Shown here: piece by piece, positions 26,665 to 37,979 of the stretch
How positions within the stretch are numbered: position 1 is the stretch's first letter
Layout of the letters: each line of letters starts with the position of its first letter
Assembly (NCBI GenBank): GCA_951406725.2
Contig: OX597821.1
Span: 7,130,001-7,194,000 of the forward strand
Length of the DNA: 64,000 nucleotides
Direction: 5' to 3'
From: Octopus vulgaris
Lineage: Eukaryota
Notes under the pieces: generated by a model
The model's input: only the letters and a program-made list of their open reading frames with translations
Databases searched by the model: none
What the model was told of the DNA's origin: nothing
Program-made: the position numbers and the translations under genes

Positions 26665-26947
26665 TCCTTTTTCTTTTATTTGTTTCAGTCATTTGATTGC
26701 GGCCATACTGGAGCACCGCCTTTAGTCGAACAAATCGACCCCAAGACTTATTCTTTGTAAGCCTAGTACTTATTCTATCGGTCTCTTTTTGCCGAACCGC
26801 TAGGTTACGGAGACGTAAACACACCAACATCGGTTGTCAAGCGATGGTGGAGGGGGGACAAACACAGACTCACAAGCACAAACATAAACATACATACAGA
26901 CAGACTGATAGATAGACTGATAGATAGATAGATAGATAGATAGATAT

Positions 26948-26990
<43 letters not shown>

Positions 26991-27150
26991 CGATGGGCTT
27001 CTTTCAGTTTCCGTCTACCAAATCCACTCACAAGTCTTTGTCGATCCGAGGCTTAGTAGAAGACTCTTGCCCAAGGTTCCACGCAGTGGGACTGATACCG
27101 GAACCATGTGTTGGTAAGCAATCTACTTACCACACAGCCACTCCTGCGCC

Positions 27151-27152
<2 letters not shown>
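26665..27152 (-). mobile_element. SINE family A, full length, internal (GATA)n
   Basis: Reverse complement of the family A head and 3' module. Confidence 0.9.
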
Positions 27153-27228
<76 letters not shown>

Positions 27229-27233
<5 letters not shown>

Positions 27234-29232
27234 TTGTTGCGAGTATACTCTGCGATGACATCTCTCACGCCGGACTTCTTTCTTATGATGTTGCTATTTA
27301 TGTGCCCTCTCAACGAGATACCAAGCATTGACCTTTCCATGGCTCTTTGAGCCGTTACCAGTCTTTGCTCTTCTCTCTTTGTGGTAACCCATGTTTCACT
27401 ACCATATAACATTGCAGGCAGAACTGCACTGTTAATGAGGTTGGCGCGGGTGGTCCTGTCCAACCTTCCCTTGAGCACATCCCTTATGCCATTGAACGCC
27501 TTCCATCCGGACCTTACTCTCCGTGAGATCTCCTTTTTGATATCCCGGCACATATTTACTTCCTGTCCCAGGTAGACATATTCTCTCACCTCCTCTATTT
27601 CATCACTGCCGATCACCATTCGACCTGTTGGTACGTTGTCTGACCGCATGAACTTTGTTTTCATGCGGTTCATCTTGAGACCTACTGCAGAACTTTTGAT
27701 GTCGAGCTCCGTCAGCATGGTCTGAAGCTGATCCATGTTTTCAGCGATGAGTACGATGTCGTCAGCGAAACGGAGGTGAGTGAGGAGCTCACCATTGATG
27801 TTGACACGACCTTGCCATTCGATGCCTCTGATGATCTGTTCGAGACATGCAGTGAAAAGTTTTGGGGAGATTGTATCTCCTTGCTTCACTCCCTTCTCGA
27901 CCGGCACTCGTATGGGTGATGACAGTAGAGCTATGTCGGTGGTGCATCCGGAATTTGCCTCTCTGAGCAGCTGCACATATTGCGCTTCGATTCCTTGCCT
28001 CTGCAGCGAGTTCAGCACTGCGTTGGTTTCGACGCTATCGAAGGCCTTCTCATAATCTATAAACGCAACGCAAAATGGCAGCTTGTACTCATTTGCTCGC
28101 TCAAGCAGTTGCGTTAGAGTAAATATATGGTCCATCGTGCTGTAGTTCTTCCGGAATCCTGCTTGCTCCCTCGGTTGTTGTTCGTCGAGACGACGTGACA
28201 ACCTGTTCAGAATTATCTTCGTGAACAGCTTGTACACGTGAGACAGCAGGCATATGGGTCGGTAGTTCTTTAGATCTACTCTGTCGCCCTTATACAGTAG
28301 GATGGTATTTGACTCTTTCCACTGCGAGGGAATTCTTCCTCGTCTAGATAGTGCGTAAATCGCTCAGCGAGGATTTTCCAGAGCTGCTCTCTGCCTGACT
28401 TTAGCACCTCCGATGTACCGTCTTTCCCTGGAGCCTTTCCCTTTTTCATCGAGCCGATGGCTCTTTCAACCTCACTGACAAGGATAGGTGGCACGTTTTC
28501 TTCCTGTTGGAGTGGTGGTAACGGCTGGACATTTCTGGTAGACTTAAAGAGCTTGGTGTAGAAGTCTTCACAAACTTTTTCCATCTCGCTCTTCTCGTTG
28601 ACCGGTATTCCATCTGTATTTTTCAGGGCCGTCACCTCCGATCTATATAGTACCATGTCCCTCTTGCATTTCTTGAGGCTCTTTTTTTTCCCTGCGGCCT
28701 TCAAGAGCTTCTTCATCCGGTATGCCTCAAAGTCTTTCTTTAGTTGCTGACGAATCACTCTGCTGAGAATGGAATATTCAAGGTGATCTTCAATAGTCCC
28801 CTTCATATTTTTCCTCTTCTCGAGTAACTTCGTAGTTTCTTCCGAGATTCTTCCTTCTTTTCTCTTGGGCATACACCCTTAGCTTTCCTTAAACACTCCT
28901 TCAGTTTCCCTATCAGTGAGTTGTAGTCATCGTCTGTGTCGTCTCCTTGGCACCAGTCTTCCTGCATGATGGCTTCCTGCAGCTTTGCCTCGTTGTAGAC
29001 TCGGACACGTTTTCCCTTCGACGCCAAATATAACGCCATCTTCTCCCTCTTCTCGTCGATGACGACCCTCGCCCTTACCAGACGATGATCGCTGCCGGTG
29101 TTGAATGGCGTCACGACGGAGACGTCATGCAATATGCGTCGCTTATCAACCAGGATGTAGTCGATCTCGCTTCGGTGCTTAGAGTTCGGCGATATCCAAG
29201 TCCATCTCATCCTCTCCCTCTTCCTGAATGTA
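27229..29232 (-). mobile_element. RTE-clade LINE, inverted 5' segment (APE C-terminus + RT)
   Basis: WTWISPN..EIDYILV..SDHRLV (APE); EQAGFR, FIDYEKAFDSV, GVKQGDTISPKLF, LRFADDIVL and YVYLGQ (RT). A few frameshifts. Confidence 0.95.
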
Positions 29233-29490
29233 GAGCAAGTATAGATGGGCTGGACACGTCGCCCGGCTCACCGATAATCGGTGGACGCACGCAGTTGTCA
29301 AGTGGTACCCGCGTGAGCGGAAAAGACCACCCGGAAGACCTCCACGACGGTGGAGTGACGATTTCAAGAGAACGATTGGGATCACGTGGATGAGAAAGGC
29401 GCGATCCAGAGAGGAGTGGACAGCGTGCTGTGACCAGCGGTGTCAAATGGACGCCTGACGGACTGGTCGGTCAAAGTGATCAAAGTGATA
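29233..29490 (+). mobile_element. 3' end of the same RTE element, opposite orientation
   Basis: Plus strand reads KYRWAGHVARLTDNRWTHAVVKWYPRERKRPPGRPPRRWSDDF..WMRKARSREEW..* (stop 29456-29458), then a (TCAAAGTGA)2 tail. Confidence 0.9.
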
Positions 29491-29531
29491 AATATATACA
29501 TAAATATAGGCGCATATATATATAATTATAT

Positions 29532-29610
<79 letters not shown>

Positions 29611-29725
29611 CGGTATCACAGAATCGACTAGACTATACAATGATGTTATACATCGCTAGTCACAATGTACTCCGCATTGTTTTCACTTTCGAATAATGCT
29701 ACCCCACTGGCAAAGAGACTAGGTT

Positions 29726-29756
<31 letters not shown>

Positions 29757-29830
29757 ATATTGCTCCAATTTGGTCACAGCCTTGGGGCTGAAACGTATAA
29801 AAGAATATATGTGTGTGTGTGTATGTATGT

Positions 29831-29862
<32 letters not shown>

Positions 29863-29873
29863 GTGTGTGTATG

Positions 29874-29904
<31 letters not shown>

Positions 29905-29984
29905 GTATGTGTGTATGTATGTATGTATGTGTGTGTATGTATGTGTGCATGCATGTATGTATGCGTGCATGTATGTACGTATAT

Positions 29985-30180
29985 CTGTGTTTATGCTTGT
30001 CCCCCACCACCGCTTGGCAACCGGTGTTGATTTGCTAACGTCCCTTTACCTTAGCGAATAAGCAAAATAAACCGATAGTATTAGTGCTAAGCTTCAAAAA
30101 CCTAAATACAGAGGTTGATTCTTTCGACTTTAAGGGCGAGCCCCAGATTGGTCGTAGTCCAATGACCAAAGATAAAACAA
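29985..30180 (+). mobile_element. SINE family A, diverged 3' module
   Basis: 'ttgtcccccaccaccgcttggcaaccggtgttg..accgatag'. Confidence 0.65.
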
Positions 30181-30437
30181 CCTAATGGGTACCACTTGCA
30201 GGCTCAGAAATATTTTGTTGTACCGGCATAACCAAAGCCTGCCAACAACCCGATTGACAACAGTCCGACCTGCTCGAAAATGATCTCAAATCATACCCTG
30301 TCGTATAAATACATTTGATAATGTAGTCGTATATACACCAGGTTTCAATAATAGAAAGACAGTCACATGTCACGCGTACATAGGATCAGAATGACCTGGG
30401 TCTAACCGTTTAGCATTCGGATTTCTTTGTCAAATGT

Positions 30438-30899
30438 TGTTGTTGGCATCCTTTTTTGTCTCGGGAGACAATGGAGTTGCGCATAAAATAATCTAGTCCG
30501 GCTTTTACAGTTCATGTCCTAATACATTTCCTGCTCTAGCTGTGTAGTCCTATCTCTGGCAGGTGCCGCAAATGTAGCGAAGACTTTGCCTGACTGGTTG
30601 TAATGTCATAGTTTCTTGTTGACGTCTTTTCTTGTCTTTCCATTTCTCCTCTCTCTCCCTCTGTCACTCCTTTGTATTCCCTCTTTTACGGTACGTCGCC
30701 ATTCACCACGGTTGCTGGCAACTGCTTCCCAATTGCTAATATTGATGCCGCAGGCCTTCATATCCTTTTTGCAAACATCCTTGTATCGTAAGAACGGTCT
30801 TCCCACAGACCTAGTGCCCCTAGCAAGCTCTCCCTAGAGTATGTCCTTGGGGATTCTGCCATCTTCCATACGGCTAACATGTCCAAGCCATCTCATACG
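30438..30899 (-). mobile_element. RTE LINE 3' fragment with 14-bp TSD
   Basis: GRPFLRYKDVCKKDMKACGI..W; 3' hairpin gtctcccgagac and (CAA)n tail. TSD tctttgtcaaatgt at 30424-30437 and 30900-30913. Same family as 57592-59036. Confidence 0.92.
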
Positions 30900-31241
30900 T
30901 CTTTGTCAAATGTAATACTTATTTATTCACATTGTTTAGAATTAACCATGCATTATACCATAGCTTTGAGATTCAATGACGTGATTGTTTATTTTTACAA
31001 TTACATTGTAGAGTAGGTGTGAGATGTTGGGTCTGGCCAGTTTGAACTTGATATTCTGACCAGATATACCCATTTAAATGCTAAAGGAAGCATTCAAATT
31101 ATTCTGTCAAGTGTAATGCTTTATTCACATTGTTTAGACTAAATCATATATTATTTTGTCACTTCAGGATTTCGATGATGCGATTGTTTGCTTTTAGAAT
31201 GACATTGAAGAGAAAGTGTATGAGGTTAGATCTAGCCAGTA

Positions 31242-31505
31242 ATAGGTAAATAGATGCGCCCTTTTAAAGCCTAGCCAGGCTCATGGGCCTGGTTTCCCGG
31301 TTTCCATGGCGTATGTGTTCCCCCCAGCTGGATGGGACGCCAGTCCATCGCAACGTTACTCATTTTTGCCAGCTGAGCGGACTGGAGCAACGTGAAATGA
31401 AGTGTTTTGCTCAAGAACACAACGCGTCGCCAAGTCCAGGAATCGAATCCACAATCTTACGATCATGATGCTGACAGCCTAACCACTAAGCCACGCGCCT
31501 CCACC
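31242..31505 (-). mobile_element. tRNA-derived SINE, family C, with 14-bp TSD
   Basis: Minus-strand head GTGGAGGCGCGTGGCTTAGTGGTTAGG..GATTCGATTCC and central GCGATGGACTGGCGTCCCATCCAG (V-domain-like). TSD agatctagccagta at 31228-31241 and 31506-31519. Confidence 0.88.
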
Positions 31506-31814
31506 AGATCTAGCCAGTACAAATATATGAAACAGGTAGAATATCTGGGCCGTATATGGCCGGTTTAAATGTTAAACGGTTAAACAAATAAATAACAGCA
31601 AAGACAATCGCAACAACAACATCAGCAACAGCCTGTGTCGTAACTAGTTTTGCGTTAGTTTATCTTCTTTCCGAAAGTGAAAAAAAAAAAGAAAGAAAAA
31701 ATTTAAAAAAAAACAATATCTCACGAATACCTCTAAAATGTCAACCAATGAGAGATATTTGACATTCAAGAAAATAGCCAAAAATATTGATTATTTTTGA
31801 AGCTGACACCTCAC

Positions 31815-31923
31815 TCATCGTCGTCATCATCATCTTCATCATCATCATCGTCGTCGTCGTCATTATTATTATTTCTAATTTTATCTTATTGTCTTTCTTC
31901 TTCTTCTTCTTCTTCTTTTTCCT

Positions 31924-31954
<31 letters not shown>

Positions 31955-32023
31955 AACTACTACTACCACTACAATCACAACCACCATCACTACCGCTATT
32001 ACTACTTTATGCTTATCTTCCAT

Positions 32024-32059
<36 letters not shown>

Positions 32060-32130
32060 CACTATCACTACTACCACCGCTACTTCTCATCCTCTTCCTC
32101 CTCCTCCCTCTCCTCCTCTTTTCCTTCTGC
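31815..32130. repeat. Compound (CAT)/(TTC)/(TAC)n microsatellites
   Basis: Directly visible. Confidence 0.9.
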
Positions 32131-32444
32131 CTCCCATCTATCTAATGTAGTGAGATGCAGATTCTGACAGGTGTATATAGATTCTCTTTGAAGTGATGTC
32201 TTCCATCAATTTCGTGAAAATGGAGCAGAAGAAGGGGGAATATTTTGTTTGGGTTTTTTGTTATTTTGTAAGGGGGGGAGGAGGCAGTTCTATTTTTTGT
32301 TTTCTTTTTCTTTTCTTATATTCATTATCATCATCACCTCCCCCCTTCCACCCTACCCCATCCCTCCTAACCGTCTCATTTGGAATTATTCTTGAACGGA
32401 TCTATAATTAGGTACAGTTACACAATCAGACGTATCCCCCCACC

Positions 32445-32450
32445 CTTCTC

Positions 32451-32485
<35 letters not shown>

Positions 32486-32542
32486 CACACATACACACAC
32501 CCACTCACTTTCTCTCTTTCTCTCTTTCTTTCCTTCTTTCCT

Positions 32543-32581
<39 letters not shown>

Positions 32582-32763
32582 GTCTCTGTCTTTCTGTCTG
32601 TCGATCTCTCTCTACCTCTCTCTGTGTCTCCCTCATTCTGTTTCTTTCTATTTCTCTCTCTCTCTCCAATTCTCCCTCCCCCTCTCTCTCTCTCTCCAAC
32701 TCTCTTTCCCTCTCTCTCGTTCTCCAACTCTCTCACCCTCTTTCTCTCTCGCTTCGTCTCCTC

Positions 32764-32813
<50 letters not shown>

Positions 32814-33915
32814 TCTGACTGTCCCTATCTCTGTTTCTCTATCTCTATATCTCACTCCCACTCACATGCTTGCTCTCTCACTCTTTTTCTGTCTTTCTTC
32901 ATCTCTGTCTGTCTCTGTCTGTCTGAGTCTCTCTTTATCTCTATCTTTCCTTCTACCGCTCTCTCTCCCCCTCTCTCTTTGCCATGTTTTTATCTCCAAC
33001 TCTCCTTTCTCTCTCTCTCTCTCTCTCTCCCAATATGTCTCCCTGTATGTCTCTCTCTCTTTCCATGTTTCTCCATATTACTCTCCATCTCTTCCATCTC
33101 TGTCTCCCCATATCTTTCTCTCCATCTTTCGTTCTCTCCATCTCTCTTTTTCTCCTCTCTCTCTCTCTCTCTGCCTTTCTCCTTCTTACCATGTTTCTCT
33201 TTCCATCTCTCTCCTTCTCTCACATTACGTCTCGTTATCTCTCTCTTCCTCTCTCTCTCCCCCTGTCTCTCTCTTTCTCTCTCCCTCTGTCTCTCTCTCT
33301 TTCTCTGTATCTCTCTTTCTCTTTCCCCCTCTCTCTCTTTTTCGTCTTATTTCTCTCCTTAGGTGTCTGAAAGTAGCACTAATCTTTTTCTTTGATTCCA
33401 CTTACTTTCCTTTTAATCTATCCATTCCCATCTTTAATCCCATTAAAATGTTTCTTATTGCTAAACTTTTCTTCTATCGTTTTTCTTCTTTTCTTCTTTT
33501 TCTTTTTACTCCGTTCTTTTTTCATCTCATTCTTATATTTTCTTTCTATATTGCTGGATAAGAGTCTTCAATTCTTGCTAGTTTATTTCCTTTTTTCTTC
33601 TTCACTTGTCATTCTTCTTCTTCTTCTTCTTCTTCTTCTTCTTCTTCTTCTTCTTCTTCTTCTTCTTCTTCTTCCTCTCCTCCTCCTTCTCCCCCCTCCT
33701 CCTCCTCCTTCTTTCATTCTTTTTTCTCTTCATCCTCCCCTCCACTCCTTCCTCCTCACTCTCTTCCCTCCTCCTCATCTTCTTCCCCTCCTCATCCCTC
33801 TCCTACCTCATCTTCCCTCTCCTTCTCATCTTCTTTCTCTCCTCCTCTCCTCCTCTATCTCTTCCCTCCCCTCCTCCTTCTCATCTTCTCCCTCTCCTCC
33901 TCCCCTTCTTCTTCC
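32445..33915. repeat. Polypyrimidine (CT)n/(CTTT)n/(CTT)n tracts
   Basis: Directly visible. Confidence 0.9.
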
Positions 33916-33989
33916 TAAAGTGGCAGATGATTATCAGAATCGTTACGGATGGATTTATAGATGCCTCGCGCTACTCGTAACCAGCTTTT

Positions 33990-34290
33990 TACGATCCGGT
34001 TTCAAATCCTGCTGAAGTCAATTTTATCTTTTTTCCTTCAGTCGTCGACAACATAAAGTACCAGTCAAATACTGGAGTCGATATAATTGAGCATTACTCC
34101 TTTCCACATTTCAGGCCATGTGCCTAGCTTAGAAACAAAAAGGATGAGGAATTAGCCGAATCGTTAGAACATCGAGCATGTGGTGTTTATTCTTACTCTT
34201 TACAATTTGGGTTCAAATCCAGCCGATGCTGACTATCCCATTCATCTGTTCAGGGTCGGCAAATAATGCACCAGTCAAGTACTCAAATCA
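33990..34290 (+). mobile_element. Two diverged SINE family B fragments
   Basis: 'ttcaaatcctgctgaagtcaattttatc..aagtaccagtcaaatactggagtcgat' plus a second degenerate head. Confidence 0.55.
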
Positions 34291-34579
34291 TTTTTCTTCT
34301 TTTGTTTATTTCTTCTTTCTTTCCTACTTTATTTATTCATTCATTTATTTATTTTATTTTATTTTATTTTATCTTATTTCATTTTCTCTCCTCATCCTCT
34401 CTCGCTCACATCGCAACCTCACTAATCATTGCACCACCACAACCACCCTACTAAGTGGTCTCGCTAAGAAAGAAACGAAAGAAAAAAGAATTAAAGAAAG
34501 AAAGAAAAAAAGAAAAGAAGTAAAGAAAGAAGTAAAAAAAGAAAGGAAGGAAGAAAGAAAAAAGAAAGAAAGAAAGATA

Positions 34580-34825
34580 GAAAGAGAAACCGAGAAAGCA
34601 TGCAAGCAAGTAAGGAAGAAAGAAAGAAATAAAGGAAGGAAGGAAGAAAAACAGAAAGAAAGAAAGAAAGAAAGAGAAACCGAGAAAGCATGCAAGCAAG
34701 TAAGGAAGAAAGAAAGAAATAAAGGAAGGAAGGAAGAAAAACAGAAAGAAAGAAAGAAAGAAAGAAAGAGAAACCGAGAAAGCATGCAAGCAAGTAAGGA
34801 AGAAAGAAAGAAATAAAGGAAGGAA

Positions 34826-34863
<38 letters not shown>

Positions 34864-34930
34864 GAAACCGAGAAAACATGCAAGCAAGCAAGCAAGAAAG
34901 AAAGAAAGAAATGAAGGAAGGAAGAAAGAA
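34580..34930. repeat. Minisatellite, four units of ~90-95 bp
   Basis: 'gaaaccgagaaagcatgcaagcaag' at ~34586, 34676, 34770 and 34865, within (GAAA)n. Confidence 0.9.
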
Positions 34931-35218
34931 AGAACTTACTAGAAAGACGAAAGCAGCCAATCAGAAAGCTTGGATTGCAGATAGAAAATTCGATGTGAAA
35001 TAGCTTCCCTTTCAGAAAACCTCAAATAACCTTTAATGTGTAACTTTTTATGAAAAAGTTGAGTGGTCACGTGGTTAAAGTGTTGCTCTCACTATTCTAA
35101 ACTCATATGGCATTTTCTATCATATTGCGCCAGTCCACTCAGCTTTGAATATGTACCTAGCTAAGCGGGTCCTACTTGTAGCAGCCTTCTCTCACCTCTC
35201 ACCTTCCAGCTTTCACTG

Positions 35219-35602
35219 TGGAAGCACTCCGTCGGTTACGACGACGAGGGTTCCGGTTTATTCGATCAACGGAACAGCCTGCTCGTGAAATTAACGTGTA
35301 AGTGGCTGAGCACTCCACAGGCACGTGTACCCTTAACGTAGTTCTCGGGGATATTCAGCGTGACACAGAGAGTGACAAGGCCGGCCCTTTGAAATACAGG
35401 TACAACAGAAACAGGAAGTAAGAGTGAGAGAAAGTTGTGGTGAAAGAGTACAGCAGGGATCACCACCATCCCCTGCCGGAGCCTCGTGGAACTTTAGGTG
35501 TTTTCGCTCAATAAATACTCACAACGCCCGGTCTGGGAATCGAAACCGCGATCCTACGACCGCGAGTCCGCTCCCCTAACCACTGGGCCATTGCGCCTCC
35601 AC
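35219..35602 (-). mobile_element. tRNA-derived SINE, family D, with TSD
   Basis: Minus-strand head GTGGAGGCGCAATGGCCCAGTGGTTAGG..GGTTTCGATTCCC; TSD cagctttcac at 35207-35216 and 35602-35611. Confidence 0.88.
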
Positions 35603-36102
35603 AGCTTTCACAGAACATTCCACTGGATCATGGATGCTGGGCACTGGCAAGATGCTTATATCTGCTCGAGACTACACAGGCAACTAAAACAGTTAACGAG
35701 AGCACGGTACATGTTAACCGCATTACGTTCGCTCGCGAGTGACGGTTAGACTATTTCGCTTTTGAAAGAGATCTTTACGTTTCCTTTTCAGCTATAAATA
35801 AATACTCTTAAATAAATTCATTGGTCATTATTTATAATTTCTTTGATATTTTTTTCTTTAGAGGAGGGGCAAGTGTTTCAATTTTTTTCTTCATTCTGTT
35901 CTTCCCGTTACACGTCTTTAATTATCTATTCATATGTTTGCTTGTTTACTTATTTGTTTGTTTTTAGTATTTTATTTACTTATTTATATAATCAGAACGA
36001 ACAGGGAACTTCTTCATATCGGGAAATAAATTTAGCAGCAATCCTCTTAGCATCGAAAGTTAATAGTTTCTTTGAAGATAACTTCTGTGTGTGTGTGTGT
36101 GT

Positions 36103-36151
<49 letters not shown>

Positions 36152-36262
36152 TGTGCGTGTGTGTGTGTGTGCGATTGCGCGCGCGTGTGCGTACGTGCGC
36201 GTGTGCGTACGTGCGCGTGCGAGTGTGTGTGTGTGAGTGTGAGTGTCTGTGTATATATATAA

Positions 36263-36303
<41 letters not shown>

Positions 36304-37024
36304 TAAAATGCATATATATCCGTCTCTCTCCCCCTCTCTCCCCCTCTCTCCCCCTCTCTCGCCCCCTCTCTCTCTCTCTCTCTCTCGCTCTGCTCTGCTC
36401 TTACGCGCTAACTAATCGATGAGCGGATAGATTTGATCTCGAATTATTTATTCATGTTGAGCCATGACCCATCGTCCAATCTACTCGTTAAAGCTGTCAG
36501 TCTCCAGATCGAATTGCTTCACTTACGCTTCTACTGAACTAGCGAAACTGTTTCTTCCCCCCCCCCATCTCCTTCCGTCTACTTCCGCTCCATTCCGCCC
36601 CGTTTCACCCCGTCCCTTTCAATAAATGAATGGTTTAAGCGAAGAGAAAATAACTTTCATTCGTTCGTTCGGTCAATTGCAATCCTAATTGCGGTTTCCT
36701 GACGCGATATAGAGTAGTAACGGTAAGATCTTAGTAAGCTTAGCTTTAGATGCCATAGAAAGAAGGTTCGGTTTTCAATTTCGCAAAGTTACCGTCGTTG
36801 TTTCACCCTAAATCAAATCGTGACCAGCTCTATGATCAATTGTAATCATTTTTCTCTTCCCCCTCCCTGTCCCTCTCTTTCTCTCTCTTTCTTTCCTTCT
36901 TTCCTTCTTTCTTTCTTTCTCTCTCTCTCTCCATCTCCCTCTCTCTCTCTCTTGCACACTCCTGTCTTCCCCTCGTACATATAGACACACACATACGTGC
37001 ATACATCTCCATAACCATCACAAG

Positions 37025-37200
37025 TGGAACTGTCCGAAATGGTCGTGACTTCTGGGACTTGACTGATGAAAGAAAGCCAAGAATGACCTGCCTTTTTTTT
37101 TGCCTGTCCGTCTAATTGTTGTTTCTCTTGTCTGCCTTTGCATCATCTATCTCTCCGAATGTTTTAATGCCTTCTATTGCGTTTTTGTTCTATTTATAAA
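37025..37200 (+). mobile_element. Probable PLE terminus, related to the 12148/12873 family
   Basis: 'ccgaaat..tctgggacttgactgatgaaagaaagccaagaatgacc' resembles the reverse complement of 12960-13025. Confidence 0.45.
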
Positions 37201-37299
37201 TACATATACATATACATACATTAATAACAATATTAGGGAGTAAATCCAAACTTACAGGGAAAAATTAGATTTAGGATTAAATCTAATTTTACAGTATAA

Positions 37300-37629
37300 A
37301 TATATATATTAAATTAGAGATAAAACCACTATTAGGCAAATCAAACAGTGAAAAACATAAACCAAAACATAGAAATAAAATTAATGAATATAATATGCAA
37401 AATATATAAAATATAAAATTCAAAATTCTAGAATTAAATGGAAAGCCTATTTATAAGTATAAATTAATAATTTTTTTTAATTTTTTAAATTTTAACTTTA
37501 AATTTAAATAATTTAATTTTTGAATTTTATACTTTATATATTTTGTATATTATATTAATTAATTTTATTTCTATGTTATGGTTTATGTTTTTCACTGTTT
37601 GATTTGCCTAATAGTGGTTTTATCTCTAA

Positions 37630-37642
<13 letters not shown>
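37300..37642. repeat. AT-rich inverted repeat with ~125-bp arms
   Basis: 37300-37427 vs 37515-37642. Confidence 0.88.
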
Positions 37643-37708
<66 letters not shown>

Positions 37709-37734
37709 ATATACATATATACCATTATACACAT

Positions 37735-37978
37735 AAATCAGTCTGAGTAAAAAGTAAGTAACGTTTTGAAACATGAAATTTATCACAATATATTTCAACA
37801 ATGCTGAAATTTTATTCATCAAAGTAACACATTTTTGCCAACGAGCTACAAGTTTGTTTATTCCGGTAACATAAAAATCTGGTGTTCTGGAGCTGATGAA
37901 CTCTTTGAACGCATCGGTTTGAATTTTGAACTCCTTCTTTCGCAGGAAATCATTAAGGTGTTTCAAAAAAAGGGTTAG
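37735..37978 (-). mobile_element. mariner transposase 3' fragment
   Basis: LFLKHLNDFLRKKEF..AFKEFISSRTPDFYVTGINKLVARWQKCV is a mariner C-terminal motif. Confidence 0.8.
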
Positions 37979-37979
37979 T

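Larger units (their letters stand above)
30402..31583. mobile_element. piggyBac-like MITE (dimeric) hosting nested insertions
   Basis: TIR ccgtttagcatt / aatgttaaacgg, flanked by ctaa / ttaa; internal unit repeated at ~30905 and ~31090. Confidence 0.55.

Noticed and set aside
35530-35602. tRNA gene-like A/B boxes (also ~31430-31505 and the family A/B heads)
   Set aside because: SINE heads continuous with SINE bodies and TSDs; no proper acceptor stem.
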